A stretch of 60,000 bases of DNA from Botryllus schlosseri (Eukaryota), in assembly GCA_051294905.1 (NCBI GenBank), contig CM119372.1, forward strand, positions 3,722,001 through 3,782,000. Reading direction: 5' to 3'. Positions 1 through 13,039 of the stretch are shown here, one piece after another. Within the stretch, counting starts at the first letter, position 1, and the number at the start of each line of letters is the position of its first letter. The translations under genes were made by a program, and so were the position numbers. The notes under the pieces were generated by a model. That model was given only the letters and a program-made list of their open reading frames with translations, made no database searches and had not been told where the DNA came from.

Positions 1-3000
1 AAACTTGGATGGATACCGCAATTGCGCTCGACTTACACATGGTATTCGCATACTGTACGCATACAAACTTTTGTGTAAACAACTCTGATGTTTCTGTTCG
101 TACTATTGTTGTGTGTTAAACAATTTGATTAATAAGATACATGAACAACCATTCAGACAATAAATGTCTTGAGGTAACGAAACAGTTTGAAAGCGTCACC
201 AATCATAGTACAGGTTCGTAGCATGGGAATATCGAGTAAAGTTGATTACTTTGTGTGATGTAAATATCTTTCGTACTTTTGTAAGAGTAGTGGGGGTCTC
301 ATGAAAAAGTAACTAGTTGACAAAAAAACAAAATATTGAATGAAGGTTCGTCTGTTGTTTTCATAAGTCAAGAGAGTGAAAATTGTTGTTGTTGTTTTTG
401 TTACACTAAATCGAAATAGTGTGAAAGCGTCACCAATCATTGCGTATGTTCGTAGCATGAGCGAATATATTCGTGTACCATGAACATCTTTCATATACAC
501 TTAGTATGAAATGAGATGCGTGGAATAATAATTAGTGTCCTACAAAAGTAAAACTTGTTGTGTTTGCTTGTGTACTTTTTATCATTGTTTGTTGTTGAAA
601 GACGGGTGAGTTTACATTTAAATATAGTAAGCAGGACAACTCGAGTAATAAATTTTGCTCGGTTGAAAATCGACTCGTTTGGAAATACCGGTCGATGGAG
701 TAGCAGTATCAATATGAGTGGTATATTATTTTTCGCGAGATGCACCAATCTTCTAAGCATAACTTGTCAAAAATATATCGGGTCATAGAAAAGTAGTTGG
801 TTGTTATGAACTCGAAACAAATGTACTTCGATTATCACGATGATGGAAATTACGACCAACACAGTATTTCGTAAGTGAATGTGTATCGTTTGGTATGTTC
901 AGCAGTCACTAAATGACACAAATAGCAAACTGATGCAACCCGGTAGTTAAACGATACAGTTACAAGTTGGATGTAATCTTGATTTACAGATGACAGCTTG
1001 ATGAGTATTGTGATGACATTTACTTTAGTGAATGACAACGGAAAAAATTTCGATTGCATTGTCGGCGTATGTGTTACACAAATAATTCTAGTACACCTAA
1101 CTATAGGATGCATTTGACAAACATCGTACAAATTGTTTCGTTGTGATGGTAACGACTTTCAGCGGTTTGGTTTCATGTCGGGAATTATTATTTGGGGGTT
1201 CAAAAACAATCAATACTACAAATGAACAACAATGCAAAACACGTTAAGTGGATTACAGCGTAGCAAGTACTTCCTTGATATTACGATTGTTGTGTACCAG
1301 ACATTTCTAACCGAATTGAATGCATCTAGCAAACACATTCCAATTTACTTTTGTAATGATCAAAGTATGTGAAATCGTGCGAATGGATTAGGTATTAATC
1401 AAGCGTCGGTATGCCAATTCACCTAGTGTGATATCTTGACACCGGATAATGTGCGAAAGTGTTTCAATTCTCGCTGCTGTTTACGATGATTAGGTATTGT
1501 ACCGGTTATTGTCTAACAAAGGAAATTGATGTTTCATCTTTAGTCTTGGTTAGTGGAGACAATTACATTTGTAAAATATTTTCTGATATCCGCGATACGC
1601 AGGGTGATATGTACCAAGGTGGAATAATTTTCCATTCAAGAACATTTCAGACACGCATAGTTTTACAACTCAATATGTTAATAACAACGATACTGAAAAG
1701 TTTGTTGCTGTCATAATAACCTTTACCACAACGCCGGGTCTAATTAACGCGAATAATTTAATAATCAAGTCATGATAGACCATTACAAAATCTCATATGT
1801 TAAATCGATGTGACAATCCTTATGTTTACATCACGATAATTTTCGATATAACACCTGCGTTCGATTGTAAGAAACTACGATGGTCATACTTCCAAATGTC
1901 GTATACTCAAATATATTATGTTAATCTCAAGTCGCCGACACCGAGTGGTAATTACTTTGTCTTACAAAATATATCGCATAGTAATCTCTTTGTCTTGTTG
2001 TATAGTAACGACTTTTACAGTTGAACAAAAAAGACGAGTTGGTGGTATATACCTAAAACCGAACTTGCTATGGATTTTAGATTGTAGCGATTGTATGGAC
2101 TCGTGTATGCTTGGTTGTTTTCATACTGATACTGCTTGAGTTGGTTGGGTAAGTTACAAACGGATTGACTTGACAATGTTTTCGTGGTTGACTCTTTGAA
2201 TATGGTAAGATGGTAAGATGTCGAGATGTAATACTATTTCCGTACACTCAATTACAACAAAACATAACCGCATTCAAATAAGCCGTAAGCTACAAGTGGA
2301 TTTAAAACTTGACGCTGTTTTGTGGTTAACTCAAGTCAGTGGACATATTTGTGTTGATTTCAGGAATGATCATGACGAGTTGGTCGGGTAAATTAGTGAT
2401 AGTAACTATGGCCGTACAGAGTTGCTGACATTCAAACATCTTTTACGCTGTAATATGCGGATTTTATTGTGATAAATTATTATGCAGACATCCAAATCTC
2501 GTATACTCAAAATATAATATGTTTATGTCAAGTCGTATATGCACCGACTAGTAAATACTTTGTCTTCAGAATAGTAACGATCTTTACAATTGATTAAAAA
2601 AGACCGATCATACGAATACAACAAGGATGAAGTAATTCAAGTTTGTGAGTTGTTGTGATATAATCAAGTAAGTGAAAACTATATTTTTAACACCGGTTAA
2701 TATTATGAATAATTTTTTTGAGTATGGTAAGATGTTAAAATGTCTCTTTAACAAACCGAAAGCCGGATCGTGAATAGAGTTGTAATGTTCCATTACTTGT
2801 TTCAAATCAATGTGTGTATAATATCGAAATGGTACTTGGAAAGATGGTAGTCATGTTTGTCAATCCTATTTCAATTCACACTACGCCAAAGTCAAAATAT
2901 TCGGTCTCGGATTATCTCAATTTGCCTATAGAACATCTCGCGAATGGATTCCGACCCGTGCTATAACTAGATCGCTATGTCTGATGCATTATCCTGTCAG

Positions 3001-5900
3001 TGACGTAGGGTTTTACAATTATTTCACACCTTTTTGAATAAGCGTCAACTTCCCAAAGGATTAGGGTTGGATCAGAAATAAGTGATAATTTGTCGGTATT
3101 CCAATCACCCGCTGCGACGGTTCTGTTATTCGTTACTTATTAAATTTTACCAGTGAAATCCGGTTCTGTGACAAACTGCTTACGAAAATTTCAACGCTTG
3201 AGCGATCGATGTCTGTAGCGCCAAGTCGCAAAAGATGGCTATGACCGAGACATTATGTTGTCAGCGATTGCGGGGTTTTGCAAACTATTTCACACCTATT
3301 TGGAGTGTTAGCATGTTGTTGGTATTGGAATCACCGTCTACGCCGGCTCTGTCTGAGATTAATGATATTCTCTATAACCATCCTGACACACAAAGTCTAT
3401 CTAGGGACTTATCCGATAGACCAGTTACCAAAGAAACCAATTAGCGGAAAATTCGCTATCACCATTAATTACGACGAGTCGAGTTTGCCTGGGTCCCACT
3501 GGGTGTCTATATACAGAGATGACGATACTCATTTTCATGATTCGCTAGGCTTCGGACCACTAAAACCTCAGATAATCGAATTCCTCGAGCCGGATGAATT
3601 TTCAGTGACTGGGAAACAGTTACAGAGTAAAACTTCAGATATGTGTGGAGATCATGCTATCGCATTCTTGATAAAAAGAGCTCAAGGGTTTTCAACCGAG
3701 GAATACTTGGATAATTTTGGTGATGATAAAAAAGTGAATGATACGATTGTACGTGTTTTTGTGAAGAGTTTGATTTCAGAGTAATAAACGAATGTGTAAA
3801 TGTGTATAATTGTGATTCTTGTTGCGACTGTGAACAGCAGACGAAACAGTGAATAAGCCGAAAGTATTATTCAGCTAGCAATCAATAGCGAGGAAAGAGA
3901 ACACGATCGGTCATTTGACACGACTAAACTACGACATCATATAACATAATTTACGATCAAACTATTTCGCACTGAATGGAATAGTGTAATATTCGATAGT
4001 AGCACGCGGTTGGCCGTGAAACAATTCAGCGCGCAGGTCATTCGGAATATAGGTCGCACGCACTGCTTAATCCTCTTGCAAGCCACGTTTCCGTTTGTGC
4101 GGTTATTGTTGGTGACTATTCAACACCGCGCGAGAGATGGTTGAAAGTGCGCATCACGACCGCACCCATAAGAACACATGGCGAGTCACCACATATCGCG
4201 TTAGAATACATGGCGCATCACCGCCGCAGCCTATATCCACAACGTTAGTTCACTACGACACAAGAATCCGTGGGCACATCATCACCACAGCCTATAGCAA
4301 AAAAGGCGAGTCACCAACACGAGTTTTCAGGCACATCACCGCCGCAGCCTATACCCGAAAGGGTACCATCATCACCGCATCCATAAGAACACATGGCACC
4401 TCACCGCCGAGAGGGGGTGTAAAAGGGTGCCATCACCACCACGAGTTTTCGCGGCACCTCACCGCCGCGCCCATAAGAACCAATGGCCCGTCACGACCGA
4501 TCGACTATACTACTTCAAGGGCAATCGAAATGGTACCCAAAGAAAATACAGGCCGGCTTTTTACAATCGGGAACATACTCGGTGTACTAAATTTTCTCTT
4601 TACATGGTGCAAGAACAAGGCGATTTGATGCGCACTACTTCACGCGCGTAGACAGCCGAACAAACCTCCAACCTTCTAGGACTGCAACTACGTTTAGCGC
4701 TGCCACATGAAATATTTCTTAAAGGTACTCAACTCGGTGCTGTGATCTTTGACGTAGCCTCGGTGCAAGAATGCCCACCTTGTTCCGCGCGTTGCTGCGT
4801 TTCTTTCTAAGCTTCAATTCCTTCTGCTCCATGTTGCGAGTCCAGATCGGACTGGATAGATGGTGATTTGAGGCTGCTTATATGCATTTCTGATTCAAAA
4901 ACAAACAAAGACTTCCCCTGTCACAGCTGGCTATGAATTTCAAGCCTAGTTCGTGACAAGTTATTTCTTTCTATATTGTTTTATGAGTAATTATTCGTGT
5001 TCCAGCTGTGGCCATTAACTAATTGTTTTGGCTCTATCAGCCACCAAAATGGCACGACTTCGTGTGCGAGTTAATCCCCCTCATCATCATAAATGACCTA
5101 TTATAACGACTTCGTGCGCGAACAGAAATGACCAAGCGTCACGATTCGTGCTCGGCTCCTTTTGGATAGAAACATCAGTCGCCATTTTGATTTGCGTCAA
5201 AACACAATACCTTGCAGTACCTCGCTCGCTGCAATCACCTTTTTCCGCTCAGGGTAATGCTTTACTTTTTGGTTGTAAAGTAGGTATCCCATTTAGGTTC
5301 TCTTTCACAAGCTTACTCAGCAACCCACACGTCCCAACGTCTAAATACAAGAATTCTTCAATTCGGATTTCCATGCGAAGCCTAGCCAAAACTGCGAGAT
5401 CTCAGTGTTTTTAGGCGTCAGAGCTATACCCTATACGACTCAAGCCCCGTTGACCCATAACTGGCAGAAGCGCCGACTTTGAGAGTCACAATTAGCCCCC
5501 CCCCCTTTTTATCAAAAGGACCCCTATTGCTCATCTATTTCTTTAGGCCGCCAGCGGGCGCTGTTGTTTCATTATGCGCACACAAAATTCAATCGAGGCT
5601 TTCATAAACTGGATTTTGGTACATAAATTGACAACATATGTCTTAACAACTGTTCTTTTTACGTTACATTGAGACATAACAAGTTCATGGATCCTTTATT
5701 GACAACTCGGCCTCTCCTTACGCTATTCTCAGAATATAACTATAGGCCGAGCGTTGTTCGTAAATCATGGCCTTTGAGATTATTCGCACGCACCACTAAT
5801 GGCGCGCAAGGTCTATGTTTTTCGAAGCGACGTCGCGAACGAATATCAGGTTACTGGTACGTGTGTTAAGCTCTTCAAACACTACTGTCCCTATGGCGAA
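1..5900. mobile_element. Decayed Polinton/Adintovirus-like segment (boundaries not defined)
   Basis: Contains the adenain-like protease amid intronless broken ORFs and locally duplicated gene-like blocks. No TIR, pPolB, integrase or capsid gene was recognised in the window, so the extent is inferred. Confidence 0.4.
3350..3784 (+). pseudogene. Adenain-like (adenoviral-type) cysteine protease of a Polinton/Maverick/Adintovirus, probably frameshifted near its N-terminus
   Basis: The ORF 3278-3784 contains YLGTYPIDQLP...INYDESSLPGSHWVSI...FHDSLG...QLQSKTSDMCGDHAIAFL, with the His (SHW), Asp (DSLG) and Gln-x5-Cys (QSKTSDMC) catalytic pattern of Polinton proteases. The expected N-terminal segment SEINDILYNHPDT lies in the neighbouring frame (ORF 3235-3444), implying an indel near 3390. 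AATAAA follows at the stop. Confidence 0.82.
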
Positions 5901-6515
5901 AAACTTTCACCCAATCAGTTGACATTTCTGGTTATTGGTGTAAGGTATATCTCTCTTTCGGTTTGCCTAGAAGGAATAACCTAATACAATATAGTCCATC
6001 AGACATGGGGTGATTACTTCATGAATGTAATCGATTGCGATTACGATTACTTCGGAATCACGCGATTACGATTACGATTACGATTACAGCAAAATCAGGA
6101 AGTAGTCGATTACGATTACGATTACATTGGAAAAGTAATCACGATTACTCACGATTACATCTGTTTTGCTTCTTAGGACTATAATCTTAAATGATATATT
6201 GGAAGACAATACAAGGATTGCGATGAAAAGGCTTAATGAGATATCAACTCTCTTCATACATCATGTGTCATTTGCTTATTACGTCATAATACACCAATTG
6301 CCCAACTTTATAGTGGATGATTTATCGCACCCAACGATTTGCATTATTGCCAGGTCTTTACCTGCCGCACCCCATATTCCTTAATAGGGCGGGGAGCGTG
6401 CTCGAAGGGGACTCAAAAGTATTTGGTAAACCAACATAAATTATAGAGTATTTTCGAGAATTTATTTACTCCTTGAAAATTTTCTTCGAGCTTTGCGATT
6501 CAAATGTCTCTAGTG

Positions 6516-7007
6516 CAGGGGTCACCAACGCGGACCAAATGAGTCGCCCACGGTCGCTGTAGCAAATATCCAAATGAGAGATTTGAAAGTTGAAGCTGGT
6601 TTCATATGAGCAGCAGTTGAACATGGGTCGGCCGACCCCAAGGAACATACGAACGCAGTCGCTCGGGGCATTGCTTGTGTTCGCCCACGCGGCGGCTCAA
6701 CGGGAATCTATAGTTAGCCTAATATTCCCGAGTCTCGACGCGGAGATTGGCGCTTCGAAGCGCACTGCAGCAACGCAACTGATCCCGGAGGAGCTGGTGT
6801 GAGTCCCGGCGAGTGAGCGTTTTTTGTTCTTGGTAAGGGGCGGAAACCCGGCCCAGTGCTCTGATTGTCTTACTCTAAGTGAAGAAATCCAACTGAACAC
6901 GGATAATCGGCGGGAGTAAGTGGTAAGGTAACCCGTCGGTCGTCGCAATAATCAGTACACACTACACAAGAAGTAGCTTTTTGTTTCAAAACGGTTGGTG
7001 AGCCTTG
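6516..7007. mobile_element. hAT/Charlie-like MITE nested in copy 1 (mirror copy at about 18501-18992)
   Basis: Termini CAGGGGTCACCAAC...GTTGGTGAGCCTTG; degenerate 8-bp TSD CTCTAGTG / CTCCAGTA, resembling the Charlie NTCTAGAN target. Confidence 0.7.
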
Positions 7008-7182
7008 CTCCAGTAGATAGCTGGGTTTGAAATGAATACCTCTTCCCCTCAAGAAAAAACATGCATAGGCTATTTTATGGGAACAGGCATTTCGGAGCCG
7101 GTCATTACCGCGCCACGATCCCACAACACACCAAAAGGCATATGCAGTTTCGGCCAACACGCAACTCCATGGGATGTGATAC

Positions 7183-8131
7183 CAGTGTTGGGATCAAGTC
7201 ACTACCTCCAAGTCACGAGTCATTTCGAGTCATTGCACACTTTGACTCGAGTCAAGTCAAGTCAATCGATTTTCGAAGGTGACTCGAGTCAAGTCAAGTC
7301 ACTCGATTTTTGGAGGTGTCTCGAGTCAAGTCGAGTCAAGTCAAGTCAAGTCACGAGTTAAGTCACGATTCAAGTCAAGTTACCTTTTCGAAGTATGAGA
7401 CATGATTACGTCATTGCATTTTGCTAGCTGTCTGATATACAGATTGAGTGGTCATTGATTTTGAACCGATGAACGAATATAGAGTTTAATATACACGCTG
7501 TATCGCTTACATATACGTAGAACAGCTGAACTACCTAAGTAATTGCATAGCCTAAGTTTATAGTTACCAGCCAAAATAGAGAATGGAGAAACAAATTGAT
7601 AAGATGCAATACATTACTCATTTTTAAATTGATATGGTATAATTCGAGCCTGCGCCAATGGCGCTATATTGTCCTACTCTATCAACTATATTCTAATTCA
7701 ATTTCAATAAAACAAGAGGTTTGGTTAAGGTACGAACAGAGAACAGAAATATACATTTTGCTATTAAATTACTTTACTGTACTAGTTTACGACAACGTAA
7801 GCTTCGATCACTTCGCTTGCGGTCAATTTATTTGTGAGAGAACAATGGAGGCTCAGTAAAACGCACGATCATCGAATGCTTGGTCGCTCTCACGGGTTAC
7901 ACCTGCGTTTCGCGAACAATCCGAACATATGCAAGATACAGCGATTTTTATCGACACCGATTACTTGACGACTTGAAATTGACTAGTGAATTTTGCTGCG
8001 AGTCACGAGTCAATCCACATTTCTGATACGCCGAGTCAAGTCAAGTCAAGTCATTTTAGCAAAGTGACTCGAGTCAAGTCAAGTCATACGAAAAAGGAGA
8101 CTCGAGTCTGACTCGAGTCATCCCAACACTG
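7183..8131. mobile_element. hAT-type MITE with GACTCGAGTC/TCAAG subterminal repeats nested in copy 1
   Basis: TIR CAGTGTTGGGAT...ATCCCAACACTG; perfect 8-bp TSD TGTGATAC (7175-7182, 8132-8139). Confidence 0.92.
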
Positions 8132-9482
8132 TGTGATACCAAAGAAATACCTTGGCCGAAACTTAGGGTATTCGTCCATTGTCAATAGCCGCGCTGGGTG
8201 GGCGTGACTAATAATTCCTGTCCTTCCAATCTGGGCCCACAATGCAAATGCCACCCGGCGCATCGACAAAGGAATAAAGCCATGACAATTTGTGTGTGCG
8301 TCTCACGAAAGATATTCTTTTAGTCTGCTACGTTTGGGCGAGTACAATATCTTTTGATTATACAACAGACTGGAGGTCGCGAATTAACAACATACAATAA
8401 AGTAATTATAACAACATACCAGATGCTATATGATTATGAATTACGTGCCCAATCTCTACAGGTAAATCTGACACTCGGGGCTGAGAGAGGTTATAAATGA
8501 ATAGTAATATAATGCAATTACCAATATTATTGACGAAATTCAGTTATGAAAATTGACCAACGGTTAGACAGGTGGACGAATTGCTGTTTTGGCTGAATTG
8601 CTGATTCTAGCTGCAACCCACCGATAACATGTCAGTCTATATAAGCGGGTGGTTATGGAGGCAGGTCGAGATGCTGAGTAACGAACTGTTAAATAACGAT
8701 TGACGCCTGTTTCAAGTAGTTATATGAGAATAAGATATTGTAAACATAAAATTTCTGCCTTCAACTTAATACATATACTGCGAGCTGCTGTTACGAGAAA
8801 CGGCTAAGCACGGCTCGGTTATGATATATATCAGCAGCTGTTTATTTGTAATGCTTCGTTGTGGAAACTGCAATGTTTTATTCGACGAGTACAAAATTCC
8901 GAATCTTCGTCAGGTGCAGGTGCGCACGTAGACCTCCTGCTCGCCAAGCAGCAACGGTAAACTGCGTTTAACTAAGCACAACCAAACATCAATACATAAG
9001 TTACTATTTGAAACTATAGAGTGGTGATCAATATCCTGCTGCGAGGTATAGGGGCTTCTGTAGTGTATTGATAACCTGATATACACCACGGGTGGTGTTC
9101 TTACAATCACACTACAATGTCCAATTGTCCATCGCATGTCTGTTTACTGTGTGTGGATACTTCTTACGCAATGACGAGCGGACCTAATACTTCTGACGTA
9201 ATAATGAGTCAGTGGCGTTTGAAAACAGACGATTGTGCTATCGCTAACGCGGTATTAAATCTCATTCTTGTTCACGAATATTCAGTTTATGTCACAGTAC
9301 TTGTACAAACAAAAAGTAATCGTTCTTTCACAAAAAAATCGATTAGATATGGGAAGTAGTCGATTACGATTACGATTACTTCGGAATTTTTTCGAATGTA
9401 ATCGATTGCGATTACGATTACTTCAAAATGCTGTAATCGTCGTAATCGATTACGATTACTAATCGCGATTACCCCATGTCTG

Positions 9483-10151
9483 AATGGCACATATTTTTTG
9501 AATCAATACCATCCTCGGGTGGACTATTTTCAAGTCAATTACAATATTTATGGGGTGGGGGACCTATGGTACCATAGCCAAATCAAGCAAAATAGATGGA
9601 CCAACTAAGCACTTAACAACAGAAACTCGCCTACACATATATAGGCTGTAAATCATAGTTACCTGTGGTGTTTTATCGCTATTACGAGGTATTTGAAAGT
9701 CAAAATATCGATTTGCGGGTAATATGTATGTGGCATTAAATTTGGAAGTTTAGGCGTAAATCAAAACATGATTTTAGGCCAACATTTGAGTTGATATAAT
9801 CTATTTTATTCTTGAAGGTCGCGACGAAACATTCATTATTGGTTTGCTGTCACTTAGCTTATAGTACATAAAAAAGCAAGTTACCTAATTTGAGTTTTTG
9901 AGCGTACGTCTCATAGGTCCCATGGTCGTGTGCCTTTGGACCCACCGGGTGGGGACCGATGACACGTTCGAGCAACAAATTTTAAACGTTCATAAATATT
10001 TTTTGAAAAGGCGGATATTCATGTAAATGTCCGCGATAGGTAGAGCTTGTAACGAAGTTTTGAGACAGCAAAAGATCTGCTATTATCGGCTGAAGATTTG
10101 AGGGCCAGAGATCATTTTGCAATATTTGATCCATCGGTACCACATCTCCCC
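9483..10151. mobile_element. One half of an older TA-flanked (Tc1/mariner-pogo-like) non-autonomous element split by the hAT insertion and inversion
   Basis: Ends in TGATCCATCGGTACCACATCTCCCC|TA; the identical 28-mer occurs at 19784-19811. Confidence 0.7.
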
Positions 10152-12179
10152 TACGTATGGAGTCAGCATTTCAAGTCGAAAATTGGAGGCGGAAACGGTA
10201 CCTTTTCCCACTGGCTATGACTACCTATGGCTAACAGCAACTAAAATAATTTCCCGTATATAATACCTGGAAGGTAACGCTGAAGTAACCAAGTATTCCG
10301 CAGGGTCATAATGTCGTATGCCGTTGAAAGGGGTGTGTAATAAACTCGGAATGAAGTGTAATTGATGTATAGATTTATTGTACTTCGGCAGGTCGTATTA
10401 TTGTAAGTTGAAAATGGCCATAATTGCAAATTATTGGCAACTTCTGGTGAAGGTATACTGCACCACCACAACGAATAGTAATGGATTGAGGGTTCAGGTG
10501 CAGTTAATACCTACCTTTACACGAGGAACACTGAATGTAATTCGAGAGAGTATGAGACAAAGAAGTGTAAAAAGTCAGTGATATGACGAAGCATAAATTT
10601 TATTGAAGTTTATTTGATCTCATATGGAACAGGTGAATTTAACAGCAACAAAATTTGGCGTATAAGCGTAAAAAAATGGTGAAAGTGTAGGGTTGAATAA
10701 TCTGGACTTGAAGGCATTAATGTAGTATTCGTGTACCGAGGATAAATACTAGGAACGACCAAAAACGACCAGAGGAATAATCTGTCGGCCATTTTAATTA
10801 AAGCGAAATATGAACTCGCCGGCTGTATAGTCGGCGGGCTGTGGCAAGAACAGTTTTAAATCTGGCCTGATAGAGTGAATAACCGTTAAAGCTTGATGTG
10901 CGATGCAAATTCAGGAAGTTATAAGGAGTCAAATTTCATAATCGATGCCATATGGTAACTCGAATGAGATGCGAAGAACTATCGTTGCGGCAAAGTTAAT
11001 ATGACGGCTTGCAGCCGACTTTTAATTTACCAAAGTAATGTGACCTGTAGTTGTATTTTTTGGACCCTTTTAAACTCCGCAAATTTGTGACTATTTGGTG
11101 AAAGAAAACATAAAGTTAACTCTACGTGGAATTCCCAGCCGGTCGAGATTCGCCACTAAGCCAATTACAATCCAGGCGTTTAGTTATGCGATAATTATAA
11201 TACGGGTATAGCAAATAGCTACGGCCTATGAGAGCTACGCGTTACCTAAGAATTGCGCTGCGACTGCAAGGAATACACGACCTTTTGAATTGCTATTGGA
11301 AAGAGTCACCTAAATTCAACTCAGGAAAATCAACAATTGTCCGGGATTCTAAACTCGCACTAAATTCGGGTCATCAACGCCGAGTGTTAGCAATCGTTGG
11401 CATATGATGTCGCATGTGTTTGACACAACGCGCAAGAATATATGTATTCTGATTTCGCCCGTACAAGGAAGATACAATAATCGCCAAATTATTCGTGCGG
11501 TACTCTCTAATGCTGCGTGCGTGCGTGAACGATAGTGAAATGACGGCCTTGCGGGGTCGGTTGTGCAAGCTTGTGTTGCGCAAGACAAAATGGGCAGTCT
11601 ATATCTACTTTACGGGAAGAGCGTGCGAATGTTAGATTAAGCTCATGTGAAACCTGTACGGCCTTAGGCCAGATCAAACTGGTACTGCACCGGGTCCAGA
11701 CTAGCTTTTATATAATTAGATCACTGAGCAGACAACGGCCAATCTCACCGCCACCAAATTACTAATAGACACTTACGTGACCTTTGACACGAACCAATCA
11801 GGTTGCAGCAGAATGTAAACAAAGAACAAGGCCGGGCAAGCTTACTATGAGCTCTTATGGGAAATGGTTGAAAAATGAAGGTTTTAAGCAAATTTACGTT
11901 GAATTGGCGATGACTGGCCTTAATAAATAGTAATAGCGTAGAGCTAGTATGTAGTTGCAGCCTTTAGTCTAGGATGAACATGAATGGTGGTAAGTACGCA
12001 TCAGCGTGCTGTGTCCAAATGCATGGTTTTTTGACAACTTTTCGGATTAAGCGATGATTGTTGTATACTATACTATAGGATTGTTGTAATGCATATTTTG
12101 ACGATTTCATAGGCTGCCGGTCTCGAGCGAAATTTTCAAGCATATCTCATGTTCAGAAATATATGCTATAAAATACAGC

Positions 12180-12720
12180 TGCTGCCACACATCACAATTT
12201 TGGTGTATTGATTATGAAACTTGAAAGCTATGGAGATTCTATCGAATTTCTGGATTTGAGTGCAACAGCATCTTCTAACACCGCGGAGAAAGCTACGAAA
12301 TATTCATGGAGCGCTACGTACACAACTTAGGGACAAAGATTGAGGAGACAATCCACTCTTTGTGGAAGCAATATTCTAGTGAACAGCCAATGTTATCGAA
12401 ACTTGCGGAAAAGTGAGATATACTCAATGGAAATACACGTTCTCAGAAAATCTATTATTGATTCGTCTTGCACTTGTAAGACAGTGTAAGTAAAGCAAAA
12501 GACATTTTTTCAGAGATTCCTGCAATTGATGTTGTAACCATGATTTATTTTCACATTAGGTTCTGATATATGCTCTCATGCATATATGCATTGATGAAGA
12601 CAATCCAGGACCTGAAGTTACAAGGACTACATTGTGATTTGCATCAGCCTCAGTGAGCTCGATCGTGATAGACAATCAATTTCTCGACCGTACTCGCAAC
12701 CGATCAACTCCTGCCTCAAG
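12180..12720 (+). pseudogene. Possible second gene of the element (SWIM zinc-finger-like remnant)
   Basis: IDSSCTCKT at about 12457-12483 and CSH at about 12571, separated by an intron-like GTAAGT...TAG stretch; convergent with the transposase. Weak evidence. Confidence 0.3.
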
Positions 12721-13039
12721 GTAGATTTTGGTGTATCTGGTGGCTTCAGTTTTATAACATTCCACCAAACACAAATAATCCTAGTACATTTTCACCTGGA
12801 GAATTGTTCATTCAACAAATCGGGCCTCTAAATAAGCTTCAATGCACACCACTGGAGTATAGTATGAATAGACATGCACTGTTGGTACACATTGACCATG
12901 GCACCGCGCAATTATGATCCGTAGCATGCTATTAGGCATTACGATATTCACAATGGAACTGAATTTGCACAATTTCCGAATATGTTGCGTCGGTCATTTT
13001 TAATTTTCAATCTTGAATTAGAGTAAGCAATTAGTCCAT

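Larger units (their letters stand above)
6000..9482 (+). mobile_element. Non-autonomous hAT-type DNA transposon, copy 1 (3.48 kb, nested)
   Basis: Termini CAGACATGGGGT...ACCCCATGTCTG with subterminal CGATTA arrays at both ends and no transposase ORF. The flanks TAGTCCAT and AATGGCAC do not match each other (see findings). Confidence 0.9.
6000..9655. repeat. Left arm of a 3.65-kb near-identical inverted duplication (partner 15855-19508)
   Basis: The ORF track is mirrored (e.g. 6166-6384 + / 19124-19342 -, 7596-7859 + / 17649-17912 -). Only a few differences were seen by eye: substitutions near 6465, 6587, 6597 and 6829, and a 2-bp indel near 9049. Confidence 0.97.

Noticed and set aside
6030..6160. 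CGATTA arrays (also 9360-9470) and TCAAG/GAGTC arrays (7195-7385, 8020-8120) as CRISPR-like or telomeric repeats
   Set aside because: The units are 5-6 bp, have no spacers, and sit just inside TIRs. They are hAT subterminal repeats.
6166..9490. Many short ORFs duplicated in mirror image at 16020-19342
   Set aside because: They recur only because the DNA is duplicated; none shows a recognisable domain.
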